Below are positions 1 to 13,801 of a DNA stretch of 64,000 nt, piece after piece. The notes beneath the pieces are model-generated. The model ran no database searches. It had not been told where the DNA came from and saw only the letters and a list, made by a program, of their open reading frames with translations. The translations under genes were made by a program, and so were the position numbers. The DNA comes from Camelus ferus (lineage: Eukaryota). Position 1 is the stretch's first letter. Every line of letters begins with the position of its first letter. The stretch covers positions 112,098,001 through 112,162,000 of the forward strand of contig NC_045697.1 of the NCBI RefSeq assembly GCF_009834535.1, read 5' to 3'.

Positions 1-456
1 CAATTTTTTTAACAATTTTTTTTAATTGAAGTGTAATTGATTTACAGTGTTGTGTTAGTTTCTGGTGTACAGCATAGTGATTCAGTTTTGCATATATGTA
101 TATATATTCCTTTTCATATTCTTTTTCATTATAGGAAGTTACAATGTATTGAATATATTCCCCTGTGCTATACAGTTGGACCTTGTTGTTTACCTATTTT
201 ATATATAGTAGTTAGTACCTGCTAATTCCAAACTCCTAATTTATTCCTCCCTCCCCTTTCCCCTTTGGTAATCATCCGTTTGTTTTCTATGTCTGTGAGT
301 CTGATTCTGTTTTGTAAATAAGTTAATTTGTGTTATTTTTTAAAGATTCCACATATAAGTGCTATCTTATGATATTTGTCTTTGTGTGTCTGACTTACTT
401 CACCTAGTATGACAGTCTTCAGTTCCATCCATGTTGCTGCAAACGGCATTATTTTA
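1..456 (-). mobile_element. LINE-1 3' end (3'UTR plus polyA), 5'-truncated
   Basis: T-rich start, then ttgaagtgtaattgatttacagtgttgtgttagtttctggtgtacagcatagtgattcag ... gattccacatataagt ... ccatccatgttgctgcaaacggcatt, the reverse complement of a laurasiatherian L1 3' end. Homologous to 25200-25640. Confidence 0.9.
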
Positions 457-689
457 GAATAATCAATTCTAAATTAGCATTAGCTGACTATCTGGGTAAA
501 CACACTTTGCTCTCTTTCAGTCTCTGTTTCTGGCAGGTTTACAGATCAGACACAAGTAGGTTAAAGCAACATTCACAATTTATATATGTTTGTAACCCAA
601 TCACTCATTTCACAAGTAATAAAAATTACTACCATTTGTTGGTTAACTCTGTGTCGGTCTCCGTGGTGAAGACTCGACCCACATTAGCA

Positions 690-815
690 CACATTTAATC
701 TTCACAGCAAATCTCTGAGTTAGACATAATTCCCATTTTATAGATGTGAACTCTGAGGTTTATAGAGGCTGCGATCATATGGCTACTTAGTGGCAGAGCT
801 GTGGGACTCCAAAAC
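690..815 (-). mobile_element. MIR SINE fragment
   Basis: tttaatcttcacagcaa...cccattttatagatgtgaactctgaggtt resembles the MIR core. Confidence 0.7.
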
Positions 816-1219
816 CTGTCCCTGGAAACATACTCTTCTATGAATTCAACGGACACTACTCTGCTGAGCTTGGCGGACTTGGCACACAATGCTTATGCTA
901 ACAGAACAGCCATTTTGAAACTCTGCTGATAATGATTGGTATTTAATATATTAAAGGATACATACAATATTTATAGTTGATTTTTACTTCTTTATTGAAT
1001 TATTTACTACATAGGCCTCACTAAAAATTCCTTACTAGCTCCTTGATGAGGGTGGTGTTTTTTATATATACTTTTTGGGCTACTTCTCACTGTTACAATA
1101 CAGGCTGGCTATGTTTTAAGTTATTTTTAAAAGCATCTTTGATATTTTGGTTACAAACTCTTCTAGGGCTGACTCGAAGGGCCTAGGTGGTTTTTAGCTA
1201 TTTGTTTTTAAGAGGCAAA

Positions 1220-1309
1220 TATAATAAACCTTTCTCTGCTCCAAACTCCCACACTTCAGTTTGTTTGGCCTCATGGTGTGTGGGGCACGTGGACTTGCCT
1301 TCAGCACCA
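1220..1309 (+). mobile_element. ERV1-class LTR 3' fragment (R-U5)
   Basis: aataaacctttctctgctccaaactcc...gtttgtttggcctca...ggcacgtggacttgccttcagcacca: polyA signal followed by U5-like sequence ending in CA. Confidence 0.6.
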
Positions 1310-2880
1310 GTTTGGTCCTTATAGGAAGATGGGGGAAGTCCTCAGGGTAGCTGTTGGGTCAGGTGTTCAGACAGTGAGGTTTTTTGACACAGGTTGTGAA
1401 GACATAAAACTTTTTATCTTTCAGTAAGAATATTGCTCTTGCAGATTTTGTGTCTTTTGTAGCTTCTCCTGTGGGATTGGGGTGTTAAGTCTTCTCCAGC
1501 TTGTGAGGATAAAGGCAGGGCTCAGGAGAAAGGGGACAGGGAGTTGCACTGAGGTGGGCTTTTACTGAGGGCAGGTCTTGAGATAGAGTGGGGAAAAGCA
1601 GGAAAGAGCTTTCCTGGGGCTCAGGGAGTGCGGCTCTGGCTAGGAACAGAATATTCACATGCCTGGAGGTCATCATCTTTGTTGTAAGTACTCCCGGGGG
1701 AACTTGCCCAGTGGCTACATCCTGGGACAGAGGTGACAGAACTGGTGGAGGTAGATGTCTACTCTCATGCCGTGGGAGACACGAGGAGCCAGGAATGCTG
1801 CAGAGAGAGGGGAAATGAGTGTTTGCAACCAGCAGGGAGTGACGGTCCTCTAATGCCCTGAGTGTGTCACTACCCAGGAAACCCTAACTTTCCGACCTGA
1901 CTTGTCACATTAAAAAACACAACAAGATAAAACAAGATCCAAGCTGTTATAAAGACAATAAATCAAGGTGCTCAGTATTAAAAGTCTTCTTTAAAGGCTT
2001 GCCCTTGGGATGTACTCTTGGACTGTCACTATGGTCTGTCTGCTCTTTAATTTCTAAGATGAAGCTTTGTTTGGGTCATATCTGATTTGGGGGGACACCG
2101 AGACCCCCGTGATCTCCACTTGCAAAGCAGTTCCACTGCTGAAGTGTAACATCCACCAGATGAAAAGGACGCCTTAGGAGCCCGCCCAGGCGTGAGGGGG
2201 CCTGCCAAGGGGCTCGTGAACTCTCACAGGGGGATGGTTTAACCCAAATTTCATCCTGTTTAAGTTGACTGTTTAAAGGGCTGACCTTTTTATAATGTAG
2301 CGACTCAAACAGATCCCACATCTCTTTTATGACTGACTCGCTTTCTTTCCAACTTGTTATTTTTTATGTGTGAAAGGCTTTAGATCAGCTATCGAATCGC
2401 TCATAACACTAAAGGGAGCTTAATTAATGTCAACAGAAAATTCACAGTAAGAGGAAAATAACTTCATAGAAAGCACAGAAGCTAAGATCTAAAAGCTCCT
2501 TGGGAAGGAACCCAGGAGACATCATGCCTTCAGGATAGTCTATCAGATCAAGGGGGAGAGAATAAAAAGTTGAATCTGAGTTAAAAGAGAAATCCCTCAT
2601 TGCTAACCCCCAACTCTGCAATCAGTATATTCTAAGGACCCAGACATCCCACAGAGTCAAATCCCTTTGCTTTTTGCTTTTTTGTTTATGTTAAATGAGA
2701 TTTTTGTGATCTGTGGCATGTTATGGGACAGACCTCCTCGGAAGCCTTTCATGGTTGGACATGGGGGCTTGGTCTGGGAGTGCGAGGGTGACGGAGTACG
2801 AGCACCTTCATGGCCTTGATCTCACGAGCAGAGTGCCCCTGTGGGTGAAGCCAGGAGAGTTACCCAGCACTTTGTGTACA
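1310..2880. mobile_element. Possible degraded ERV internal (leader/gag-like) sequence
   Basis: GC-richer than its flanks and follows the LTR fragment. Contains a Pro-rich degraded frame (1485-1676). No diagnostic motif. Confidence 0.25.
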
Positions 2881-2892
2881 TTGGGTCTATAG

Positions 2893-3432
2893 TGTTACCC
2901 CAAAAGGGGAAGGAAAAAAGACCCCAGTTCTTGTCTTACCTGAAAGATTAGAATTCAGACAGGAGACAGAAGCATTGTGTAGCAAAAGATTTTAAAGGAT
3001 TTATTAGCAAAGGGAAAGTACACCTCCAGGAATGGGAGGTGGGCTGATCCAAGGGCGGATAGCAATGGTCTTTGTTTGGTCCCTTCTCTTATACCCTCGC
3101 TTAGAAGTGATCTCTTGATTGATTGACAGCTCTTGCCCCTGGAGTGCTCAGTCCTGCTCGTCCCCTTTTGATGCACACAGAAAAACCCATGGGCGGGGGG
3201 GCAAAACCACAATGCTAATTATATTACAGTGAACATTAGGTCACGTCCAGTTAGGTCCTTGTTGCTACCGAGCAGTCGTGGCCATCGGGTTCTAATCGGT
3301 TTCTTGCTGGCACTTACTTAGACGAAGTAAAGCCCCTTTATGCTGAAGGCAAGCATCCCACCATCTTCTGGACCATCCTCTTTCTCTTCTACCTTATCTG
3401 CCCAGTGTCCCCACTTATCTAACTACCTATAG
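2893..3432 (-). mobile_element. ERV1 solo LTR
   Basis: Starts tgttacc, has tttatt (minus-strand AATAAA) at ~3000 and ends ctaactaccta. Shares blocks with the LTR at 52098-52677 (caggaga..gaa, taattatattacagtgaacat, ctaact.ccta). Confidence 0.75.
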
Positions 3433-4289
3433 ATTCCTGGGTCACTGTCCTCTTTTGAGTCTATAATGGCCTTGGTCCATCTTATTACTCAGCTCTTTTC
3501 TTGGTCTAAGCCTTTGGTGATGTGATGTGGCACAGGGGACCAATGCCAGTGAGAGTAACGCGAGGGGCTGAAACTGACAAGATCTTTAACATGGAAACAT
3601 TTTCCTGCAATCTCTGATTATGTTTGCCATTGATGGCTCATGTGTTCCAAGGTCTAGGTTATAGAAAGAACCATACATTTTCCAAATGGCCATTTGGCTA
3701 TTAGGAGTTCTAATAGAGCCCCTCAAGAGATTTTTGTGCACATTACACAGTTTGCTGTGGGAATGTTGTGAGCTTGAGGTCTTTTCCGTAGCACAGCAAC
3801 CATCCCAGGCGTGACTGTCCCTTAGCACCTTCGGCATGCTTAGTGCTTTCCTCTGGAGTAGATTTGGCTGACCCAGAGTCTGACTAAGGCCTGGCCTTGA
3901 CCGATTATACTGTGAGAAGTGCTAATAACCTGGACATAACTTAATTTGCTTCAAAGCATTCCCCTCTTCTTAATAAACTTGTGTTTAAGGATCTGCTATT
4001 ATTTATGTCCACACACATGACACATACCTTAAGATATTAAGATAAAAGGTATCCTCTTATAGTTCACTTAAGATGATAGTTACAGAAATGTTTACTGAAA
4101 AAGGAGAGAGGTCCACTGGTGTGAGTGCCTGGACATTACTTAATAATTACTGGTTTAATTTGCTCCCCTCCCTTTGATAGTGATTTTCTCAAACAAAACA
4201 AACCCAAACCAAATCCAACTGAAACAAGACAAAAATAAAACCCTGCAGCAACAACAAACAGCTAACACATGGGCATCCTTCTGATCGTC

Positions 4290-4460
4290 ACAAACAGAAC
4301 TAAGCATTTCACTAGTATCATCAGGATCCCTATGAGGTGTTATTCCCATTTTGCAGGTGCAGAAATTGAGGTTCAGAAAAGTTATGTTATCAAAACTACA
4401 GAGGTGGAATTGGGCCTGGGTCTATCAGACGCCGAAACCTGTTCTGTAATCCACTGTCCC
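4290..4460 (-). mobile_element. MIR SINE
   Basis: ccctatgaggtgttattcccattttgcaggtgcagaaattgaggttcagaa core. Confidence 0.75.
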
Positions 4461-5445
4461 TCTTTCTCCAGGGAGGGACTGTGACCTGCCATTGTATGAC
4501 TTAGTGCCCTGAGGCTCTAGGCATAGAGTAACTATGTTTGGACTGACTTGATCTAGCTTGACACAGATACTCAGTTAGGCTGTAACACTGTAGAAGGGGA
4601 GAGCTTTCTCTCTGTTTCTCTAGGCACTTTAAATTATATTTGGAATTCTTTTTGAGAGGTCAGAATTCCAGGAACCCATTAAAACTCAAGAATATTGCAG
4701 ATTTGGCATAGATGGCAGTCTTCCTTGGGGACCACGCTCACACAACCCGCCTGACAAGTTGACAAAGGAGAGAAGAGAGGGACATTTTGCTGAGGGATTT
4801 GAGTGAGGCGAGTAAGCCAGGAAAGGAAATGGATAAATTTGTTGTTGCCTCAGAGGTTAATGGAAAATATCTGTGCTTTGCTGAGCATAACTCCCCGCAT
4901 AAAATGTGTAGCAGAGTTGCTTAACAAGGTCACTCAGCTCTGGGGAGATTTTTGATCTATGCTCAATCAAGTCCTTTCACCTGCAGTGGCCGGTCAAATC
5001 TTGCAAGTGGAGTCAACCAAATTAGTCACCCAGAATTCAAGTGCTCAGATTGCCATTTCTTAGGACTTAAGTCCTGCCACTGCCACACCTGGGAATGACA
5101 CCTCCTAATTGAATGTATTCAGCAATGCCCAGAGGCTCCTCTGAGATAAGCCCCGGAGGACACCTATTTATCTCATTTAGATTTAGACTATTTGCTGGAG
5201 AGAGGCATTTGTGTCAGCAAAAGGAGCTAGCTTTGGAAAAGAAGGAGGATTCAAACACTGTATTACCATCTAGATAAACAAAAAAGAAGCACAATTTTTA
5301 AAAATGTTGAAATCATAAAAATAGAGTTAAAAATTAAGACCAGTAGTTTTGGTCTCAGTTGCAAGTAAGGAGCAGAGTGCCTTGGTCCCGTTCCGAGGCA
5401 CTCAGAATGTACGGTGCTTCTACCCAGAGTCCAGAGTAAGGAGGA

Positions 5446-5966
5446 TGTTACTGAGTCCAAACTCACTCTGCTCGCCATATGACAGGCCTATACATCAGGA
5501 GACAAGATGTTTATTGGGGCAAGGAATAGTGACTTTATTTGGAAAGCCCGCAGACTGAGAAGATGAGGGACTAGTGCCCTAGAGTATCATCTTCTCCAAG
5601 TCAGAATTTTGACTCCTTTTATCCTAAAAAGGGGAGGGAGTGTAGTTGGTTGTTGCAAACTTCTTGCTGTCAGAATCCTTTGTTCTTGCAGCTGTCCACC
5701 TAGGTCAGGTCATGGTGTCCCTGTAAACCTCCAACAAGACAAATGTTATTTTCTATTCTGCAACTTTTTAATCTTTATATGAATGGGAAAGTAACACCCT
5801 TAAGGTCAGAGCCTTGTGAATGGGCTCTCCTGTCTATTTCAGGCTCTAGGCAACATTCTTTTACAAAAGGTGCAGAACCAACAGGACTGAGCCCAGGAAA
5901 CAGAGCACAGGGTTAGAGGCAAAGAAACAGATCTACTGCGGAGTCAGATTTTTCTTCCCTACTACA
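5446..5966 (-). mobile_element. ERV1 solo LTR, MER41-like (artiodactyl)
   Basis: TGT...ACA termini (tgttactgagtcc ... ctactaca), 521 bp, near-perfect 4-bp TSD agga/ggga, minus-strand polyA signal gactttatt. Confidence 0.8.
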
Positions 5967-6179
5967 GGGAGCGATGTTAAGACATCTACGTATAGCAATG
6001 TTGAGTTATTCGTGGCCAGTCTCCTGGGAATCCTTGAAACTTACTGTTTCAAATGATAGTGAGCTGTGATGACACACCTTGCCTGATTTAGCTTCTGTGT
6101 ATTACAGCACACCAACTACACACTCTGATGTTTTAACAAGACTAGTTTTCACAGCTTTCGAGCTGTTGACTGTATTGGG

Positions 6180-6830
6180 GGGCAACACAGTTCTCCAACA
6201 GTTGTCACCACCATCTTGGCTGAAGTATTCAGTTTAATCATATCCCTCTCACCTGATCTATTGCAACTGAAGTGTAACTGGCTTTCCCAACTCGTCACTC
6301 CCCACACCAGTTATCCTATTCATTGCTGAGATACGAATAACTTTGCCCATGACACTTTTTCTCCACATAAAATTTTTCTGCTTCCCTAATGCCTACAGAA
6401 TGAAATTGAAAAATCTTAACAGCACCTCCCAATTATATGCCTCACACATTTAACCATTCTGCAGTGAAATCTAGATGTTTTCTCTGTGTGCAACATATAT
6501 TTTTCTCCCTTATTTTTGTCTGTGCTTTTACTCTTGAAATTCCTGTCTTCCCCATCTTGTGGGCATTCCCTCCATCTCTAAGGCTACATTTTCCATGAAA
6601 TTTCTGATGTTCTAAAAAAGGTTTATTTTCTTCCCTTTGAATCTGTGTACTTAGTATCTCTTATGCTAATTATCTTTATTTTTAAATTTTTTGTTCTATT
6701 TTATTATTATTCTTAAATTTATATTATCCTCTAATCAGGTTGTAAGTAACATGAGGTTAGGGGTGATATATTATTTTCATTTTGCATATAATGGGATCTC
6801 AGTTAACACTTATTGAATTGAACTTTTGCT
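6180..6830 (+). mobile_element. Degraded LINE-2 3' fragment
   Basis: Pyrimidine-rich L2-like wording (gcctacagaatgaaattgaaaaatcttaac; ggttgtaag..catgaggttaggg; acttattgaattgaa). Heavily diverged, so strand is tentative. Confidence 0.45.
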
Positions 6831-8611
6831 AATAGGACTGATTTAATTTTTCTTTTAAGCCTCCACTGGCTTCATTTCCATTTGGAGAATAGCGAGTGTC
6901 ATTGGTGACAATCTAGCACTTGTAAGTTTTTTTTTTAAATAATATTTTAAATACTGATATCTATTGAATGTGATCCTTTCCTAATGTTAAAAGGAAATAG
7001 GTTAAAGCTCATGGGAAAATGTTACCGTTGTGCCTGAATTTCCCCCCGACTTTTAATTCACTTTATCATCAAGGGAATTCACTCTCTGCAGTGTTTAATT
7101 ACTTACAACATTCCAAACCACTTGGCATTCCACAAAATTAGTTAAACACTGTGTCCTGTTGAAAATGATAAGTAAAGCTCATTTTCATGTAATTTTACAT
7201 ACATTCACTCTGGGAAGAACTAGGAAATGAGGCTGTATCCAGTAGCCTTTCTACATGTAATTATGTTGTTATCATTGCTGTTTTAATTCTCAGCAATCTC
7301 CTCTGGCATTTCAAGGAGAAACTGACACCTGTGAATTACAACGGTTTGTAGCTATGCTGAGACTTGATTGGAGAATTGTAGCGTTTCAACTGAATTGAAA
7401 TAAGAATTAATCTTAGAAGCAATCATGCGTCAGTAGGATGCACAGGACAAGAACTTGGCTACATGTTCAGTGGGCTCTTCAGTGACATCTAGTTCTCTCA
7501 GGTTCACGTGCCTGAAGTTTAAAAAATATCTCAGAACCACAATGAAGTTTCAAGCAGAAACATAAATTGGAATAGGCCCTAAGTTCAAGCCTACTGTTCA
7601 AAATTATTCTGACAGCTTAAAAGCCATAATTCAAGCTTTGCATGTAGACATATCTAATGTGGTCTGTTGTCTTGTACCTGTAGAAACTCAACAAAAACTA
7701 ATAATCATTCCAAATTACTAACTTCCTTAACTTCTCTGTGATGATATCTTACTTTGCCACTTTTGACATTCAGTGTTTTTTTAAGGCTGTCTAGAACAAT
7801 TAACTAATTTCAAGACAAAACAAGAGAAAAAAATCCTCTTCATTTTTAGGCATAGACTAGATGCATTTTTTTAGGACTAAGCAAGCTCTCTGAACTACAG
7901 CTTTTGACAGTGAGTCTCTTTATATATGTCTGTAGTTACCATCAAGGAAAAAATGATCATATCTATTCCTGATGACTTAAAATAGATGATGTATTTGCCA
8001 GCCCAGGGCAGCTTTGAGGTTTTGTCGTGATGGGCTTTTTACAAACTCTCAATTTCTCTTATTACTTCACCCTTAATAGAATGTAGCAGCATAATAAATG
8101 ACCTTTAAAATAAACATGCGCTAATTTTGGAATAGTTTCTAGCTGCTCTAGAAATGTTAAGCCTTTCCTCAGGGACAGTGTCTGGAGACCAAGCTTAACT
8201 AGTAAGAATAGTCACCCCCACAGGATGCCAGGTACTCTGAGGCGGCATCAGTTACCCCATACCACATCACGCGGTAACGTGCAGAAGGTTTGGGATTAGC
8301 TCAGGGACATTGTTTCATGATTGTAAATATCAGAAGGAGGCTCTTCAATGAAGAAGCAGCGAGTGGAGATTTCCATAGGAGACTACGTTTGAGAAAAGCA
8401 ACCGATCACTGACAGCTGGCGATGGGCTTCATCTTAGTAAGATCTTAGCAGAAAAATATGTGACTGACGGGGCCACAGAATTAAAGAGAATGCCACATTT
8501 GGAATGTTCCTGAACATACTGACTTTGTATGAAATAAAATAGAGTAGTCTGATAATTGTAAGTGAATTCTTGATACTAATGCAATGTGCGTTCTCACAAT
8601 TTAAAAATAAA

Positions 8612-9545
8612 ATTTTTTATTGAGGTATAAATGCAATACATTATATTAGTTTAAGGTTACAACATGATTCGATATTTGTATATATTGCAAACTGATCACC
8701 ATCATAAGTCTAGTTAACACTCATCACCATACATAGCTACAAATTTTTTTTCTTGTAACGAGGGCTTTTAAGATCTACTCTTTTAGAAACTTCAAATATA
8801 CAATATAATATTATTAATTACAGTCTACATGCTGAACATCATATCCCTGCTTTATTTATTTTATAAATGAAAGTTTAATATACCTTTTGACCCCCTTTGC
8901 CAATTTCGCCCTCCCTTCTGCCCCCCGCCTCTGGCAAATACCAGTCTGTTCTCTGTATCTATGCACTTGGTTTTTTGTTTGTTGGTTGATTTTTAGATTC
9001 CACATATAAGTGAGGTATTTGTCTCTCTCTGCCTTATTTTACTTAGCACAATGCCCACAAGGTCCATCCATGGTCTTGGTAAATGGCAAGATTTCATTAT
9101 TTTTTCATGGCTGAATAATATTCCGCTGTGTGTGTTTAGATGTCTTATAAAGATGTCACTTTTTCTTTATCAATTCATCCATTGATGAACATTTAGGTTG
9201 TTTCTACATCTTGGCTATTATAAATAATGCTGAAATGAACATGGTGGGTATAAGTCTTTTCAAATTAGCATTTTCATTTTCTTTGGATAAATACACAGAA
9301 ATTGCTGGATAATATGGTAATTCTATTTTTACTTTTTTTTAGGAATTGCCATACTGTTTTCCATAGTAGCTGCACTAATTTACATTCCCACTAACAGTGC
9401 ATCAAGTTTCCCTTTTCTCCACATCCTTGCCAACACTTGTTATTTCTTGCCTTTTTGATAATAGGTGAGAGGTGATACATCATTATTTTGATTTTGCACT
9501 TCCCTGATGATTAGTAATGTGAGCATCTGTTCATGTGCCTGTTGG
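8612..9545 (-). mobile_element. Older LINE-1 (L1MA-like) 3' end
   Basis: ttttttattgaggtataa...ttaagatctactct...cccacaaggtccatccatg...ccacatccttgccaacacttgttat...ttcatgtgcctgttgg. Confidence 0.85.
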
Positions 9546-9996
9546 ATAAATATCGTTTGAATATTTGTTTACAATCAGCTGTTTATCTCAATTTTATAAA
9601 CTGGTAAAAACTGCATAACTGACAATGCTTCAACATACTGAAAAATATCTCTTAATTTTTTCTTTTTTTAACATTTTTTATTGATTTATAATCATTTTAC
9701 AATGTTGTGTTAAATTCCAGTGTACAGTACATTTTTCAGTTATACATGAACATATATATATTCATTGTCACTTTTTTTTCCTCTGTGACCTACCATGAGA
9801 TCTTGTGTATATTTCTCTGTGCTATACAGTATAATCTTGCTTATCTATTCTACATTTTGAAATCCCAGTCTGTCCCTTCCAACCTCCCCCCACCCCCTTG
9901 GCAACCACAAGTTTGTATTCTATGTCTATGAGTCTATTTCTGTTTTGTATTTATGTTTTCTTTGTTTTTGTTTGTTTTTGTTTTTTTTCTTGTTGT

Positions 9997-12900
9997 TTAG
10001 ATTCCATATATGGGCGACCTCATATGGTATTTTTCTTTCTCTTTCTGGCTTACTTCACTTAGAATGACATTCCCCAGGAGTATCCATGTTGGTGCAAATG
10101 GCATTATGTTGTTGGTTTTTATGGCTGAGTAGTATTCCTTCATATAAATATACCACTTCTTCTTATCCAGTCATCTGTTAATGGACATTTAGGCTGTTTC
10201 CATGTCTTGGCTATTGTAAATAGTGCTGCTATGAACATTGGGGTGCAGGTGTCATTTTGAAGTAGGGTTCCTTCTGGATATATCCCCAGGAGCGGGATTC
10301 CTGGGTCATACAGTAAGTCTATTCCTAGTCTTTTGAGGAATCTCCATACTGTTTTCCACAGTGGCTGCACCAAACTGCATTCCCACCAGCAGTAAAGGAG
10401 GGTTCCCTTTTCTCCACAGCCTCTCCAGCACTTGTCATTTGTGGATTTTTGAATAATGGCCATTCTGACATGGTGACCTCATTGTAGTTTTGATTTGCAT
10501 TTCTCTATAATAGTGATACTGAGCATTTTTCATGTGCCTATTGATCATTTGTATGTCTTCCTTGGAGAATTGCTTGTTTAGGTCTTCTGCCCATTTTTGG
10601 ATTGGGTTGTTTGGTTGTTTCTCATTAAGTCATATGAGCTGCTTATGTTTTCTGGAGATCAAGCCTTTGTCGGTTTCATTTGCAAAAATTTTCTCCATTC
10701 TATAGGTTGTCTTTGTGTTTTACTTATGATTTCCTTTGCTGTGCAGAAGCTTGTAAGTTTCATTAGGTCCCATTTGTTTATTCTTGCTTTTATTTCTATT
10801 GCTTCAGTAGACTGTTCTAGGAGAACATTTTTGAGATGTATGTCAGATAATGCTTTGCCTATATTTTATTCTAGGAGGTTTATTGTATCCTGTCTTATGT
10901 TTAAGTCTTTGATCCATTTTGAGTTTATTTTTGTATATGGTGTAAGGGAGTGTTCTAGCTTCATTGCTTTACATGCTGCTGTCCACTTTCCCCAACACCA
11001 TTTGCTGAAGAGACTGTCTTTATTCCATTGTATATTCTTGCCTCCTTTGTCGAAGATTAGTTGACCAAAAGTTTGTGGGTTCATTTCTGGGCTCTCTATT
11101 CTGTTCCATTGGTCTATATGTCTGTTTTGGTACGAATACCATGCTGTCTTGATGACTGTAGCTCTATAGTATTGTCTGAAGTCTGGGAGAGTTATTCCTC
11201 CAGCCTCTTTCTTTCTCTTCAGTAATGCTTTGGCAATTCTAGGTCTTTGATGGCTCCTAATAAATTTTATTATGATTTGTTCTAGTTCTGTGAAATATGT
11301 CCTGGATAATTTGATAGGGATTGCATTAAATCTGTAGCTTGCCTTAGGCAGTGTGACCATTTTAACAATATTGATTCTTCCACTCCAAGAGCATGGGATA
11401 TTTTTCCATTTTTTAAAGTCTTCTTTAATTTCCCTCATCAATGGTTTATAGTTTTCTGTGTATAATTCTTTCACCTCCTTGGTTAGATTTATTCCCAGAT
11501 ATTTTATTACTTTGGGTGCTATTTTAAAGGGAGTTGTTTCTTTACTTTCTTTTTCTGTTGATGCATCGTTAGTGTAAACAAATGCAACTGATTTTTGAAC
11601 GTTAATCTTGTAACCTACCACCTTGCTGAATTCTTCAATCAGCTCTAGTAGTTTTTGTGTGGACCTTTTAGGGTTTTCTATATATAGTAACATGTCGTCG
11701 GCATATAGTGACACTTTTACCTCTTCTTTTCCAATTTGGATCCCTTTTATTTATCTCTCTTGCCTGATTGCTGTGGCTAGGACTTCCAAGACTATGTTGA
11801 ATAGGAGTGGTGATAGTGGGCATCCTTGTCTTGTCCCAGATTTTAGTGGGAGGCTTTTGAGTTTTTTCACTGTTGAGTACTATGCTGGCTGTAGGTTTGT
11901 CATATATAGCTTTTATTATGTTGAGATATGTTCCCTCTATACCCACTTTAGTGAGAGTTTTTATCATAAATGGGTGTTGAATTTTATCAAATGCTTTTTC
12001 TGCATCGATTCAGATGATCACTGTGGTTTTTGTCCTTTCTCTTGTTGATGTGATGTATTACATTGATTGATTTGCATATGTTGAACCACCCTTGTGTCCC
12101 TGGGATGAACCCCACTTGGTCATGATGTACAATCTTTTTTATGTGCTGTTGGATTCTATTTGCTAATATTTTGGTGAGGATTTTGGCATCTATGTTCATT
12201 AGTGATATTGGCCTATAATTCTCTTTTTTGGTAGTGTCTTTGCCTGGTTTTGGTATCAGGGTGATGGTGGCTTCATAGAATGAATTTGGGAGTATTCCCT
12301 CCTTTTCAATCTTCTGGAAGAGTTTGAGAAGGACTGGTATGAGTTCTTCTTTGTATGTTTGGTAGAATTCTCCGGTGAAGCTGTCCGGTCCTGGACTTTT
12401 ATTTGTAGGGAGGTTTTTTATTGCTATTTCGATTTCATTTCTAGTGATCAGTTTGTTCAAGTGATCAGTTTCTTCTTGATTCAGTCTTGGTGGACTGTAT
12501 GTTTCCAGAAACTTGTCCATCTCCTCTAGGTTATCCAGTTTGGTTCCATATAGTTTTTCATAATATTCTCATATGATATTCTGTATTTCTATTTTATTTG
12601 TTGTAATTTTCCACTTTCCTTTCTTATTTTGCTAATTTGTGCTCTCTCTTTTTTCTTCTTTGTGAGTTTTGCCAGAGGTTTGTCAATTTTATTTACTTTT
12701 TCAAAAAACCAGCTTTTGGTTTGATTGATTTTTCCCATGTTTTTGTAAATCTCTATTTTATTTATTTCCTCCCTGATCTTTATAATTTTCTTCCTTCTGC
12801 TGCCTTTTGGGGTTTTTTGTTCTTCTTCTTCTAATTCTTTCAGCTGGTGGGTTGAATTGTTTATTTGAAATTGTTTTTCTTTTTTGAGGAATTCCTGTAT

Positions 12901-13801
12901 CGCTATAAACTTCCCTCTTACCACTGCCTTTGCTATGTCCCATAAATTTTGTGTGGTTGTGGTTTCATTTTCATTTGTCTCAAGGTATTTTTTAATTTCA
13001 GCTTTGATTTCCTCATTGGCCCATTGGTTTTTTAATAGCATATTGTTTAATCTCCATGCTTTCCTTTTTTTCTCCTTCATTTCTCTGTTGTTGATTTCTA
13101 GTTTCACAGCATTGTGGTCAGTAAAGACTGCTTGAGATAATTTCTATCTTTCTAAAATTGTTGAGGTTTCTTTTGTGCCCAAGTACATGATCAATCCTAG
13201 AAAATGTTTCATGTGCACTTGAAAAGAATGTATATCCTATTTTTTGAGGGTGTAATGCTCTGAAAATATCCACCAAATCTAATTTTTCTATTGTATTATT
13301 TAATTTCTCTGTTGCCTTATTTATTTTCTGTCTGGAAGATCTGTCTAGTGATGTTAATGTGGTGTTAAAATATTCAACTGTGATTGTATTCCTATCAATA
13401 TCCCCCTTTATCTCTGTTAGTAATTGTTTTATGTATTTAGGTGCTCCTATATTGGGTGCATATATATTAACAAGTGTAATATCTTCATCTTTTATTACTC
13501 CTTTAATCATTATAAGATGTCCTTCTTTATCTTTCTTTATGGACTTTGTTTTAAAGTCTATTTTGTCTGAAATGAGTACTGCAACACCTGCTTTTTTGGC
13601 TTTTTCATTTGCATGGAATATCCTTTTCCATCCTTTCACTCTCAATCTGTATGTGTCCTTCTCCCTAAAGTGGGTCTCTTGTATGCAGCATATTGAAGGT
13701 TCTTGCTTTATTTTCCAGTCTGCCACTCTTTGTCTCTTGACTGGAGCATTTAGTCCATTAATATTTACAGTAATTAATGACAGATGTGTGTTTATTGCCA
13801 T
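9997..13801 (-). pseudogene. L1 ORF2 (APE endonuclease plus reverse transcriptase), broken by several frameshifts or stops
   Basis: Track fragments: MAINTHLSLITVNINGLNAP..QETH..SRIDH (EN); [39 protein letters not shown] (RT catalytic YADD); [18 protein letters not shown]. Ends ...EKYHMRSPIYGI*. Confidence 0.95.

Noticed and set aside
3586..3837. ORF with His/Cys residues reminiscent of an integrase zinc finger
   Set aside because: Spacing does not fit HHCC and no DDE core follows.
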